64,000 nt of DNA from an uncultured Thermoplasmatales archaeon (GCA_964445525.1 CAYULA010000014.1:10492-74491); one strand, 5' to 3'. Shown: positions 36,023 through 47,900, counted from the stretch's first letter. Notes: generated from the sequence alone by a model not told the origin. Translations and numbers: made by a program.

Positions 36023-39000
36023 TTCACCAGCTCCCCCGTGTTCAAGTTGTTCTTGAGTTTCGATACCAGGTTGGAAGCTTTCCTCAAATTGTTTGTCATC
36101 CCCTCGATATCGAACCTTCTCACATTCTCATTAAGGTCCGATCCCAGTCGAGAAAGCTCCTGTATGTCGAGGTCCCTTCCGAGTGCCTGAAGCTTATTGG
36201 ATACCTCCTCCATTGAATCCATCGATGAGGTGTCTGTTGCCTTTTTCAAAGGCTCCTCCAATTCCCTGATGATTTTATCTGGTATCTCTGAAGAATCAGG
36301 TCTGTAGAAACAGGAAATATCGATCTCCCCGGATTCCGAGCAGGTTTTTGTTTCTTTCTCGATCGTGTCTTTCACCGCTTCATGTGGCAGGAAATTTGCC
36401 AGGTTTGATAACAGGTCCTCTTTCGAGAATGGTTTCAGCAATGCTCCGTTGAACCCTTTGAAGACCAGTTCCTCCTCCCCTTTTCTTATTATGGAAGCTG
36501 TAAGGGCTATAATCGGGATCTCCTCCATTTTCAGGTCTTTTCTTATGGCCTCCGCCGTTTCGAAACCGTCCATCACCGGCATTTTGATATCCAGAAGTAT
36601 CAGGTCTGCACCGTCCTTTGAAAGGACATCAAGGGCTTCTTTTCCGTTTTCGACCTCTGTTATCTGAAGGTCATGGGATTCAAGGAATCCTCTGACGATT
36701 CCCCTGTTGCTCTCAACATCATCGGCCACAAGGATTCTGGATCCCTTGAACATTATCTTGCCCTGGAAATCTTCTCTCTCTATCTTTTCCCTTGCATCCG
36801 GTGATCTCTTTACGTCTTCTATGATTATGTGGAATCGGGATCCCTTTCCCACCTCACTTTTCAGTTCGATACTTCCGTTCATCATACTTATCAGTCTTCT
36901 GCTAATGGCCAGACCCAGTCCAGTTCCTCCGTACTTTCCCGAATCCTGCCCCTTCATCTGATCGAACATTCCGAAAATCCTCTCCTTTTCCTCCTCTGGA
37001 ATGCCTATACCCGTATCCGAGACCATCAGATGAAGATCATAATTTCCATCTTCGTTGGGATTCACCCAGGATTTTATTGATATTCCTCCTTTTTCGGTGA
37101 ATTTTAGGGCATTCCCTACCAGGTTCATCATTACCTGCCTGATCCTGACCTCGTCCAGATGTAGATCTTCGGGGATCTCACCTAGTATCTCATTTTTGAG
37201 GAACAGACCCTTTGAATCGGCCTTGTTTTGAAAGATCTTTTTCATCTCTTCGGTTAGGCTTGAAATACTGATAGGCTGATAACAAAGTTCCAGTTTCCCG
37301 GATTCGATCTTTGAGAGGTCCAGTATGTCATTTATGAGCCTCAGAAGTGTCTTGCCGCCGGACCTGATTGCGTCCAGGTATTCTTTAAGGGAGGGATCCT
37401 CGATCTTTCCGGAAAGAATCTCGGAGAAACCGAGAATTGCATTCATCGGAGTTCGGATTTCATGGGACATGTTCGCCAAAAATTCCGATTTCATCCTTGT
37501 TGCTTCCTCGGCCTCTCTCCTGGCTTTGAGCATCTCCTTTTCCGCATTTTTCTGTTTTGATATGTCCCGATATATCCCGTATACCGCTTCGAGTCTCCCT
37601 TCTATCGATATCGGAGTTCCGAGAATGGATACATCTATGAGTTGGCCGTCTTTTGTCAATCTTTTAGTCTCATTGAACAATGTCTTTCCATTTGAGACCT
37701 GATTGGTAAGTGCCATGCCCTCTTCTTTCAGTTCCTCCGGAACTATCAGATCGTTTATCTTGCATCCCGATGCCTCTTCAGGTTTGAATCCGAAAAGCTC
37801 GGTAAAACCCCTGTTGATCCTCAATACACGGTCATCCCTGTCCAGTACGACTATGGCCTCAGGTGATCCCTCGAAAAGCTCCTCCATGTAGGCTTTCTGG
37901 ACAGCCGTTCCATATTCTGCAAGTTTTATCTTGGTGATATCTGAAATTATTATACCAATATCCTCACCCGATCTGAAAGCTTTCATGGAAAACTGGTTCA
38001 TTCCCGGATTCCAATTTGATACAAGCTCCTCGGTGAAATAGGGTTTGCCAGTTCTGAAAACTTCCATCAAAGCATCGTGTCTCTCGGATCTTTCCTCCAG
38101 AGGAACCAATTCCGTCAATTTCCTTCCGATTGCTTCCTCGAGAGGGACCTTGAATCTCTCGGATCCGGATTCATTTGCCATTATCAGCCTCATGTCTTTA
38201 TCCAAAAGCATGAATCCATCAGTGGCGGAGTCCATGAATGTGGACAATCTCTCCTCGCTCTTTCTGAGCTCTTCTTCGGAATTTTTACTTTCAGTTATAT
38301 CCTGCTGTGTTCCGGATAATCTTAATGCCCTGCCATTTTCATCCCTTTCGCTGATCCTTCCCTTTATGTGCAACCATCGCCAGGTTCCGTTTTTGGCCTT
38401 CACGCGGAACTCGTTTTCAATTTTTTCGGAAATAGTCTCCGGATTTAACCTCATATTAGAAAGTGCGGTACCTCTGTCTTGCGGATGAATCAGGTCCTTC
38501 CAGGAATCGAATCCCTTTCCAACCTCGTCTCGGTTGTATCCAAGAAAACTCAACCAACTGTCATCCATGTGGAGATTTTGTTTCTGAATATCAAGCTCCC
38601 AGAGACCGAGATTTCCGGCTTCAAGAGCCATATCAAGTCTTTCCCTTGATTTCCTTTCCATTTCTTCTATCTGCATTCTCTGTAGGAATTCTCCTATGAG
38701 CAAACCTGTTCTTTCTATCGTTTCCACCTGATCTTTCCTTAGGGAACGGGTATCATTCATGAAAATCAATATGAAACCCTTGTCTCCGCTTCCCAGTTTC
38801 ATGGGAATCGAAAAAAGATTTTTTTCTTTGATGGGCATTTTAGAGACAGTTCCATCTCCGAGTTCATAGGTCCCGCTGAATGTTTCACCGGCAGAGATGA
38901 ATTCTTTTATTGTTCGTTTCATCTCTTTTTTTATGACATTGGTCCATATGTTTTTCTCGGAATCGTTTCCAATAATACCTTGGGAGTTGTCATCCATGGT

Positions 39001-40404
39001 TTCGAACATCAAAATACCCTGTGACCGGGTGTAATCCTGTATAATGCCCAAAACTTCAGAGATTCCTTCCTTCTTGGATTCGGAAGACATTAACATACGT
39101 GCAATATCTTTCTGAAACAGGAGATTCTCCTCGTTCCATTTCCTTTTCCTAATATCCCTCATAACACACTGTATCGATTCGAATCTATCATCTTTGAAAG
39201 TCGGACGACCGAACACTTCCACCGGGAAGGAATTGCCTGACTTTGATTTATACATGAATTCGGCAGAATCCGAGGTCCGATTGTGTATCAGGTTCTCGAT
39301 CAATGGTATGATTTTCTCGTAATCATCCGGATTGTCAAGGTATTCCAGCACATTGCTGCCAACAACCTCGTTCTGTTCATACCCTCCGAATTCTTTTACG
39401 GTCGGAGAACAATATATTATATTACCTTGATAGTTGATGGAAAAAACGATATCTCCCTGGTTCTCTGTGAGCAGCCTGAACTGCATCTCTCTTTCTTCTA
39501 TCTCTCTTCTCAATTTCAATTTCTCCGTGATATCCTCACCGGAACTGACAGTGGAGGTTATGTTTCCCTGATCATCTTTCATATAGCTATTGTGCCAGGC
39601 AATTGTCTTGACTTCACCGGATCTGGATATGATCTCGCTTTCAACGTAATGCGAGCCGGATAATTCGCCTGAAATGATCCTGTTGAAATGTGTCATTACA
39701 TCATTCCGGTTCTCTTCGGGGATCACCATATCGAACCAATTCCTTCCGAGGAGCTCCTTTTCCCTGTAACCGAGTACCTCGCATCCCTTGGGATTTATCA
39801 ATTTCACCCTCTGATCGCTTCCGATTACAACGAAGATTACTGATGCAACATCCACATATGTTTTGAGTCTGGATCCCTCTTTTTTTACTATTGCCCTTGT
39901 TCTCTTAAGCTCTTCCCTTGACTCCTCGAGTTCGGCAAGTATCTCTGCCGCATGAGCATTGGCATTTGCCAGGGCCCCGTTGAGTTTTTCAATCTCCTCG
40001 TTCTTGATCTCGATCTCGGCCATGAGTTCGCAAGCATGAGCGTTGGCTTTGGCTAGTTCATTGTTCAGGCTTTCCAGGGCCTCCTTCTTCAATTCAAGTT
40101 CAGCAACGAGTTCTGCCGACCTTGCGGTGACCTCCGACAATCTTACATTCTTCTCATCCAGCTCGGCATACAGTTCGGCAGAGTCGGCACTAACATTTGC
40201 AAGCCTCTGGGACAGGTAACGGAATTTATCCCTCTGATCCTCGAGTTTTCTGATAATTCCCTGGATATCTTTTATCCTTGTCCGGTCAAGAACGGCCTTG
40301 TTCTCTTTCGAGATTTCCTTTAACATCATTTTTATTTCGGATATTTTATCCTCGGTTTCGGATTCGAGATAACTATCCCCGTTTTTACCTTCTTTCTCTA
40401 CCAT
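36019..40404 (-). CDS. large cytoplasmic hybrid sensor kinase (coiled coil, multiple PAS, GAF-like, HisKA, HATPase, REC, C-terminal helical domain)
   Basis: H-box FLANMSHEIRTPMNAILGF, HATPase VSDTGIGIPEE...GTGLGLAISRRL and REC ILVADDVESNRG...LILLDIKMPVMDG are present. No TM segment was seen. ATG at 40404 follows GGAGAA. The ORF extends to GTG at 40437. Confidence 0.9.
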   Translation of the reverse strand: MVEKEGKNGDSYLESETEDKISEIKMMLKEISKENKAVLDRTRIKDIQGIIRKLEDQRDKFRYLSQRLANVSADSAELYAELDEKNVRLSEVTARSAELVAELELKKEALESLNNELAKANAHACELMAEIEIKNEEIEKLNGALANANAHAAEILAELEESREELKRTRAIVKKEGSRLKTYVDVASVIFVVIGSDQRVKLINPKGCEVLGYREKELLGRNWFDMVIPEENRNDVMTHFNRIISGELSGSHYVESEIISRSGEVKTIAWHNSYMKDDQGNITSTVSSGEDITEKLKLRREIEEREMQFRLLTENQGDIVFSINYQGNIIYCSPTVKEFGGYEQNEVVGSNVLEYLDNPDDYEKIIPLIENLIHNRTSDSAEFMYKSKSGNSFPVEVFGRPTFKDDRFESIQCVMRDIRKRKWNEENLLFQKDIARMLMSSESKKEGISEVLGIIQDYTRSQGILMFETMDDNSQGIIGNDSEKNIWTNVIKKEMKRTIKEFISAGETFSGTYELGDGTVSKMPIKEKNLFSIPMKLGSGDKGFILIFMNDTRSLRKDQVETIERTGLLIGEFLQRMQIEEMERKSRERLDMALEAGNLGLWELDIQKQNLHMDDSWLSFLGYNRDEVGKGFDSWKDLIHPQDRGTALSNMRLNPETISEKIENEFRVKAKNGTWRWLHIKGRISERDENGRALRLSGTQQDITESKNSEEELRKSEERLSTFMDSATDGFMLLDKDMRLIMANESGSERFKVPLEEAIGRKLTELVPLEERSERHDALMEVFRTGKPYFTEELVSNWNPGMNQFSMKAFRSGEDIGIIISDITKIKLAEYGTAVQKAYMEELFEGSPEAIVVLDRDDRVLRINRGFTELFGFKPEEASGCKINDLIVPEELKEEGMALTNQVSNGKTLFNETKRLTKDGQLIDVSILGTPISIEGRLEAVYGIYRDISKQKNAEKEMLKARREAEEATRMKSEFLANMSHEIRTPMNAILGFSEILSGKIEDPSLKEYLDAIRSGGKTLLRLINDILDLSKIESGKLELCYQPISISSLTEEMKKIFQNKADSKGLFLKNEILGEIPEDLHLDEVRIRQVMMNLVGNALKFTEKGGISIKSWVNPNEDGNYDLHLMVSDTGIGIPEEEKERIFGMFDQMKGQDSGKYGGTGLGLAISRRLISMMNGSIELKSEVGKGSRFHIIIEDVKRSPDAREKIEREDFQGKIMFKGSRILVADDVESNRGIVRGFLESHDLQITEVENGKEALDVLSKDGADLILLDIKMPVMDGFETAEAIRKDLKMEEIPIIALTASIIRKGEEELVFKGFNGALLKPFSKEDLLSNLANFLPHEAVKDTIEKETKTCSESGEIDISCFYRPDSSEIPDKIIRELEEPLKKATDTSSMDSMEEVSNKLQALGRDLDIQELSRLGSDLNENVRRFDIEGMTNNLRKASNLVSKLKNNLNTGELVK

Positions 40405-40420
40405 TTGTATTCTCCATATT

Positions 40421-40807
40421 TCAGAAAGTGGCAACACTGGTTTCCTTTCCGACCATGCTTACAACAGTTGACAGTCCGGCAAGCTCGGCCTCCTCGTAGA
40501 ATTCCTTTGACTGCAGGTCCTTTGGAATGGAACAGTAATACTGGGTGCAGGGGGCGCATATGAGCATCTTCCCTCCAAGTGAGAAGAACTGTTCTATGTA
40601 TTCATCCAGAGGATCGAAACCTTCCACCTTGACTCCTTTGCTCGATTCCTTCAGGGACCATATTGTCCCGTCCATTGTCAGGAACATTGTAACATTCTTT
40701 CCCAGGGCCAGTGCCGTGCAAGCCCATCCATAGGCAAGAGTGGCCGCTGCTCCCCTGTCCTGTTTCCCGGTTCTGAGGACCACAAGCACCTCGGCGTCAT
40801 TATCCAT
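40421..40807 (-). CDS. DsrE/DsrF-family sulfur-relay-like protein
   Basis: 128 aa with a DsrE-like Rossmann pattern (VLVVLRTGK..., VTMFLTMDG, KMLICAPC). Confidence 0.7.
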   Translation of the reverse strand: MDNDAEVLVVLRTGKQDRGAAATLAYGWACTALALGKNVTMFLTMDGTIWSLKESSKGVKVEGFDPLDEYIEQFFSLGGKMLICAPCTQYYCSIPKDLQSKEFYEEAELAGLSTVVSMVGKETSVATF

Positions 40808-40826
40808 TAAATACCTCCTTTTTGAT

Positions 40827-41414
40827 TCAAATGAAAAGTGTTATCTTGCTGTTTAGAGAGAGCGATAGGAATGATGTTACCCCGCACCAGTTTGTCTTGT
40901 CTCCCTCTATGATGTCATCACATGTCAGCCCGAATAGATCCATCGAAGTGTCACAGCAGTGGAATACAGCTCCCAATTCCCTGGATTGTTCAATTAGAAC
41001 CGGAAGATCATCGATACCCTTCTCCTTGAGCAAGCTCTTCATGGCTTTTTTTCCCATACCTCCGAAATTCATTCGTGAAAGCGGAAGTTCATCTGCCGAA
41101 GAAGGCATCATTTTATTCATGAGTCTTGATGACCTATTTCCTTCGCTTTTTGAATCCTTTGATCCATTTTTCAAAGCATTAGCTCCCCAGAATGTGAAGA
41201 AAAGGTGAACCTCCATCCCGAGTGCCAGAGCTCCGTTGGCAATTGTGAAAGCGGCAAAGAGCCTATCCCATTCACCGCTGAAACAGACTATTGAAACCTT
41301 CTTTTCCGTTAACTGTGAGTCGAGCTGATTCTGGAGGGATTCAATTCTTCTTTCAAGTTCCGTTAATCGGCCTTCGACGGAATCTTTTACTGTAGTGGGT
41401 TTCGGATCAGCCAT
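40827..41414 (-). CDS. DsrE2/COG2210-like protein with N-terminal coiled-coil extension
   Basis: 195 aa. VSIVCFSGEWDRLFAAFTIANGALALGMEVHLFFTFWG and VFHCCDTSMDLFGL resemble the DsrE2/YrkE-type family. Confidence 0.7.
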   Translation of the reverse strand: MADPKPTTVKDSVEGRLTELERRIESLQNQLDSQLTEKKVSIVCFSGEWDRLFAAFTIANGALALGMEVHLFFTFWGANALKNGSKDSKSEGNRSSRLMNKMMPSSADELPLSRMNFGGMGKKAMKSLLKEKGIDDLPVLIEQSRELGAVFHCCDTSMDLFGLTCDDIIEGDKTNWCGVTSFLSLSLNSKITLFI

Positions 41415-41423
41415 GTCTAATCC

Positions 41424-41654
41424 TCAGGCAATGAGTATCCTTGCGGTCACGACCTGTCCGTTTTTGGAAAGCTTCTGGAGAGGATTGCCGGTTGTGTCGC
41501 ACCAGGCCTTTACATCACTTTCAAAGGCAAGATCGTCGGCCTGGATCTCAATCACACTTCCCTTGTCTATCTTTCTTCTTGCCTTTGCAAGTTCGATGAT
41601 CGGACGGGGGTATTTCATACCCTTTGCATCGATCTGGACGGTTTGATCTTTCAT
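41424..41654 (-). CDS. TusA/SirA-like protein lacking the conserved active-site Cys
   Basis: IDAKGMKYPRPIIELAKARRKIDKGSVIEIQADD matches the TusA signature (D.rG..CP.P), but with Tyr (TAC, 41610-41612) at the Cys position. ATG at 41654 is preceded by AGGTGA. Confidence 0.7.
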   Translation of the reverse strand: MKDQTVQIDAKGMKYPRPIIELAKARRKIDKGSVIEIQADDLAFESDVKAWCDTTGNPLQKLSKNGQVVTARILIA

Positions 41655-41917
41655 CTTCTTCACCTTGCAATTAACATGTTAAGTAAATAATCCAGCTTGA
41701 TATCGAATTTCAGTTCAAACATCCAGAAGGTGTTTATTTAATGGTTATTTCACAGGTTCGCATATTGATATCAATAATTTTCTTGGCCAAGTTCTTTGAA
41801 TCATTTAAATCAAGAAACCTGAAAGTTCTAAATATACATTAGAAAACAATATATCGGGAGAGATTGATACCCTTTCTGAAATTTATACCAATTTTTTACA
41901 TGAATGGGGGTCTTTCC

Positions 41918-44900
41918 ATGTTCGGATTGGAGAAGAGAACAGGCCGTATGCTCAAGATAAAATCCATAGTCATATCAGTTTTGATGGTCCTGACATCCAT
42001 CATTTTGGTTCAGGGATCCGAAAAAGCATATTCCGTATCCTCGGGCGATCTCGTTCTGCATTATAATTTTAATGAAGGTTCGGGTCAAAACGTTTCAGAT
42101 TCAAGCGGTAACGGATGGGATGCAACATTAGGCTTGGATTACGAAGAAGGAGAAAGGGATCCAGAATGGGTCTCCGGTGTAAACGGAACCTGTCTGGAAT
42201 TTGACGGTGTGGAAGACCTGGTCATGTGTAATCCGTTTGATATGCCAGAGGATGAATTTACCGTTGCATTCTGGCTTAAAACAGGTGAAAATGATAGGAG
42301 AATATATCCTTTCTCATATGCTGTTGAGGGGGAGGATAATGAGCTTTTGATCTACATGGATGATGACATCACGGTAGAGGTTGACTGGCCCAATGAGTTT
42401 CATGTAGATAGGGACCTGAGAGATAATGAATGGCACCATCTTGCGATCACTTGGAGAAGTGATAATGGTACCATAGATATGTACGTTGATGGCATATTGG
42501 AAAGGTCAGCCACAACGGCTGAGGGTGAGACCTTAGAACAGAACGGATCTCTTATGCTGGGTTATGAGCAGGATTCAGTTGGGGGTGGATTTGAAAATGA
42601 ACAGGGTTTCGCCGGGTCCATGGATGAACTTATCATCACAGGTTCTTACATGAACTCTACCGAAATCATGGATCTGTTCGGTGAATACAATCCCCCTCCC
42701 TCGGGTCTTGAAATTTTTCCTGGTAGCCAGTTCCTTGATCTTTCTTGGAATTCTGCAGAGGATCTCGGCCTTGACTTCTATAATATCTATCGTGTGGGCC
42801 CCGAAGATATCGGAAGCGGTTTGAGAGGATTCTATTATAACAACAGCAATCTGACCGATCTGCGGTTTTCAAGAATAGATGATCAGGTTAATTTCGACTG
42901 GGGATTCGATTCTCCGGGTGGTGATATTGATGATGAAACATTCTCGGTCTCATGGAGAGGATATCTGAAACTGGAAAATGATGGGCAATATGATTTCTAC
43001 ACTACCACCGATGATGGATTGAGGCTCTGGGTCGACGGGGATCTAATTATTGACGACTGGAATAATCATGCATCAACGGAAAGAACGGCATACAAATATC
43101 TGGAGAGGGGATTTCATTCCATAAGATTGGATTATTATGACAATTCACTTACAGCCACGGTAAAAATGGAGATGGATGGCCCTCGTTCTCCAAGGATGAT
43201 CATACCTTCGGATCTGCTGTTTTCCTTCAACCTGACGGAAATGGAATCGATCGGAACCTCCGCTTCCAACAATTTCAGGGATTCGGATCTGGAATCAGGG
43301 TCCCCGTATTTTTATCAGATCAGCTATATCGACGGGGACGGTATCGAGAGCGGTCGCTCCGGAATCGAGGGTGGAATACCCTCTGTGCCTTCAACGTTCA
43401 TTGTGAATCCTTATGAAGCTGACGGAACCGTCGGTCAGAAACTGAAATTCAGATTAACCATTGGCAATGATGCAAGATACAATGATTGGTTCGAATTGGA
43501 GGTTCTGGAACCATTCGCCGGATGGGTGACCCTTGAAGGAGATGAATATTTCATTGAATCAGGAAGGAGAGAGTATCTGGATATGTTTGTGGACATCCCC
43601 TTGAATGCAACAGATGGGACTGTTCAGATCCGGATGGAGATGAAATCTTCTCTAAACGATGTTGTTCAGGTTGCATCCGTGTGGATTGACATATCAACGG
43701 ATCCCGTTTTAATGAATCTCAGACCCTATGACGGTTTCCGATCTGGATCAACCGAAATCATGATATCATGGGATACGGCTATTTTATCTTCAACGAAAGC
43801 CTATCTCAAGAAAAAGGATGAGAGTACATATACGGAATACAACGGGACAAACGGCATTTATCATGTTGTGAATATTTCAGGTCTTTCCAGGGAAACCTAT
43901 TACGAATATTACGTAGTATCTGTCTCGGAATTCGGTTCTACTCAAAGTGATGTAAGGGATTTCTACGTGGACAAAGGAGTGCAGTTCAAGGTATCCTTAA
44001 TGGATGAATCAATAAAGAGAGATTACGGACAGATGGTCACTGTTCATGTGCAAAACACCGATGATAAACTGCATCATGTTATTGTTACGGTTGACAACCC
44101 GCATGATGATCTTGTTGCAGGTTTTGTTGGTTCGGGATCTACAGATCGCTCACTTCCCGTCATGCCAGGTACAACGTCAGTTGTAAAACTTGCCCTCCAT
44201 GCCCAGGATGCAAAGGATATCGAGCACAGATTATTCCTTAACCTTACAACAGTTTCGTCAGATGGAGATGAGCCTCTTAAATCCTATGCTGTTATGAAAG
44301 TCAGATTGGATCATGTTTTCGTTAACCTGACCCTGACTGAAGTATCGACCGATCCTTATACACTTACGAAGAAGATACGTATAGAAAATACAGATGACAC
44401 TGTAACGGATCTAAGGGTTTACTCACAGGACAGGTATTCTTCCTATCTGAATATGGAACCATCTATCCAGCATGGAAACCTCAGGTCGGGTCACTCCATT
44501 GAAATTGATATATCCCCCCAGCTGACGTTCAGTTTCATCCCCTTCACATCGACAATATTCGTATCGGCCTATGACAAGACCTATCATATCGATCTTGATT
44601 TTTCCCCTCCTTCTGGCTGGGATGTTTTCTGCGCATCGCTTTTCCCCAACTGGGGAGGTTTTCCTTTCGTGGAGATCCCTGAAAATGATATGGACATGGA
44701 TGGATTGCTCGATGGTGAGGATGACGATATAGACGGTGACGGCATTCCGAATTCAGAGGAACCTTCATTCACCATGGATACCGATAATGACGGATTTCCC
44801 AACATGATCGACCCGGATGATGACGGAGACGGAAATCCGGACATCAGTGATCCATGGAGAATTGATTTCGACAATGACTGGATCCCGAATTATATCGATC

Positions 44901-47900
44901 CAGACAGGGATGGAGATGGAATAGATAATATCAATGATACCTACCCGGACGATCTGGACAATGACGGGATCAACAACGGCAGGGACCTGGATGATGATAA
45001 TGACCGCATTAAAGACAGTGATGATTATCACCCCCAGGATCATGATAACGACGGTGAAAATGATGACAAGGATTCCGATGATGATAACGACCTCATCTCT
45101 GATGTTTCCGATACTTACCCTTACGATCAAGATAATGACGGGAATCCCGATGTTGATGACGGTGATTGGAAAGGGGGCGGAGAGGCAAGCCCGAAATCCA
45201 ATAAATGGAATCCGAATCCGGCTCCTGGGGGTTCTCCTGGGAATTTCGGAGGAGGAGGGGGTTCTGATTCATCCGGGGGAAGCGATTGGTACTGCACCAA
45301 CAAACCTGAACTAGACCTGGCCGAGCTATTACTATTCCTTTTTGATCTCGGTATGATTCTATTCGGATTGGTTACTGGAATACTGGCTGCCAGTGCAACC
45401 GCTGCTTGCATGTGGGGATTGATTGGGATTATCGGAGGATTCATCAAAGACCAGGCAATGGATGCTGCCTGGGGTTCCTTCGAAGATATGACGGGATTCA
45501 ACTGGGCTGCCACAAGAAAGAGTTTTGTTCAGAGCGGTCTTGATTTCTTCGGATTATCCAGAGGAACAAAGAATTCGGGACCGACAAGAGGGATCGATGA
45601 TGTGCTTAAATATTATAACCTGGCTGAAACGGATACATCGGATTATCCGGTTACTCTTGTTAATACTAATGGTATCCATTATTTCTGGCAGGAAGAGGTG
45701 GACTCCGTTGTGCAAATACATTATGCCACCAGTCAGGAGATAACCAGGCAACCCGTGGAGGAGATCTTGCTGACCAACACCTCTACCGACTCGGTTGATC
45801 CTTCCGTTATCTCCGACCCATACGGAAGGATCTATCTGGTTTATGCGGAAAACGGGCCATCTTCCAGCAGGCTCATGGTAAAATGGACGGATACCGATGG
45901 AAACTGGGATGAGAGTGTCGAGGTAGCCAGTTCCACGGGTAATATTCACCAACCCCAGATGATGAAGGACTCCAGGGGAAGATCCCACCTGGTTTGGATG
46001 GACAGCAGATATGGTAATTACGAGATAATGCATTCCTATTCCGATAGTCTCTATCATGACCACCCCCATATTGAAACACCAAAGAGATTGACCGATACCC
46101 TGTCGGTTTCTGCCCAGCCTGAGATTGGCATCGGAGGTAACAACGATGTTCACGTTGTATGGTCCGACGGATCGGGGGCATCCAGGGAGATCTATCATAT
46201 AATGAGCGATGACAGGGGAGAAAGCTGGGGTTCCAACTACCAGGTCTCCAATTCCGGAAATGGTACGGGAGAACCGGCACTGGCATTGACTGAACAGAAT
46301 GTCGTCCATGTTGTATGGAAGGATTCGAGACATGGAGAGAGCGAGCTTTATTACAGAAAGGGGCCTGATTCAGCATCAAGCTGGGGGGAAGAGGAAAGAT
46401 TGACGGATGACACCTCCTATTCCGAGTTTCCCGTTCTGAATATCTACAAGGAAAATCTGATCCTGACCTGGCACGATGACAGAACAAATATCGATCTTCT
46501 CTATTTCAAGACATATAATTCAACAGAAGGTGAGTGGTCGCTTACCAAGCGTGTGCCTGCTGGTATTCCAACTCTCGATTCCCTGTTTTTCGAGTTGGAA
46601 CTTACTCCGAAGGACTCATCAGGCGAGGTCAAACCCCATGACTTCTACCTCATGCTGGATGACATAGTAATCGGTTCCGTCATAAATCAGGTTCCCGACG
46701 GAAAGTATCTTTTCGAGATACCCATGGATGTCCTATCAGCAGCATCGGCTGCAAGGTCCACAGGCAAACTGAAGCTGGTGACCAAACACATGAATCCGGG
46801 TCATTACACGGTTGCTGCCAACTGGAAGCTGATGTGGCATTTCACATATGATAATACCTATGTCTGTGCTCCGGATCAGTACACTGCCGATATGTATTTG
46901 AGGGAAAATCTTTCCGATCGGTGGTTGACCGAGGATCCTGCCATTTACGCCAATGATATCAGTCTGTCCGATTCCATGCCGGATTTGAATGACACCATAC
47001 AGATCACCGCAACCGTGAGAAATCAGGGAGGTGATGCTGCACAAGATGTTGAAGTGAGATTCTACGAACAGGAACCGGGAAACTCTTCCAGACAGATCGG
47101 AGATACTTTGATAATTGAATCATTGGCACCTCATGGAAATGAGTCGGTAACCGTCCAATGGACCGCATCAAGCAACGCGTCCAGGATTTACGTCGTGGTT
47201 GATGAGGATGAAAAAATCAACGAACTTGTCGAGACAAATAACGTGGAGTATATCAGGGTAACGGTTTTGAGGGAAGAACCTCCAAAGTGTATGATAAGTA
47301 TAAACGGCGGGAACCTCTATACCCATCGTGATTATGTAATAATCTCAATAGAAACGGATTCTGCAAATGAAGTATCCCACTATTCTCTCTCAAATGATAA
47401 TATCACATGGTCCGATTGGATGTGGATAAACACACACGTTTCCTGGTATCTGGAAGAGGATACAAGGTCCGATACAATTGAAGAGGATCAGAGAACCATA
47501 TATTGCAAGGTTATGGATATGGCAGGTCTCCAGTCAGAGGTAATATCGGCAAAGATTGGATATTATCCTGACAATCCTGTAGTATTGAATTCTTCCCTTA
47601 ATGAGGGAATCGTCGATGTCAACGAATCGATTTCGATAGAGTTCAACAATCCCATGGACGATATCTCAACAAGAACCTCAGTTATCTTAGAACCATCCCT
47701 TGACGGATCCTTTTTCTGGGAGAATTATACTTTGTTCTTCAAACCTATGGATGGTTGGGAACCAGATCTGATCTACAACATCACAATACTCGACACAGCG
47801 ATGGATTTCGCTGGAAGAGAAATAGACCGGGAATACAACTGGTCCTTCATTGCCATTGAGGAGGGTCCCGGAGATGATGATGACGATGATTACACGGATA

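Noticed and set aside
45170-45520. Splitting the 2,117-aa ORF into two genes at the Gly-rich/TM region
   Set aside because: There is no stop codon or frame change in the supplied sequence, so the frame is continuous. It is kept as one CDS and the question is flagged as a finding.
45554-46487. 259-aa and 204-aa minus-strand ORFs inside the giant surface-protein gene
   Set aside because: The plus strand carries an uninterrupted frame with BNR-type repeats here. The antisense translations have no motifs.
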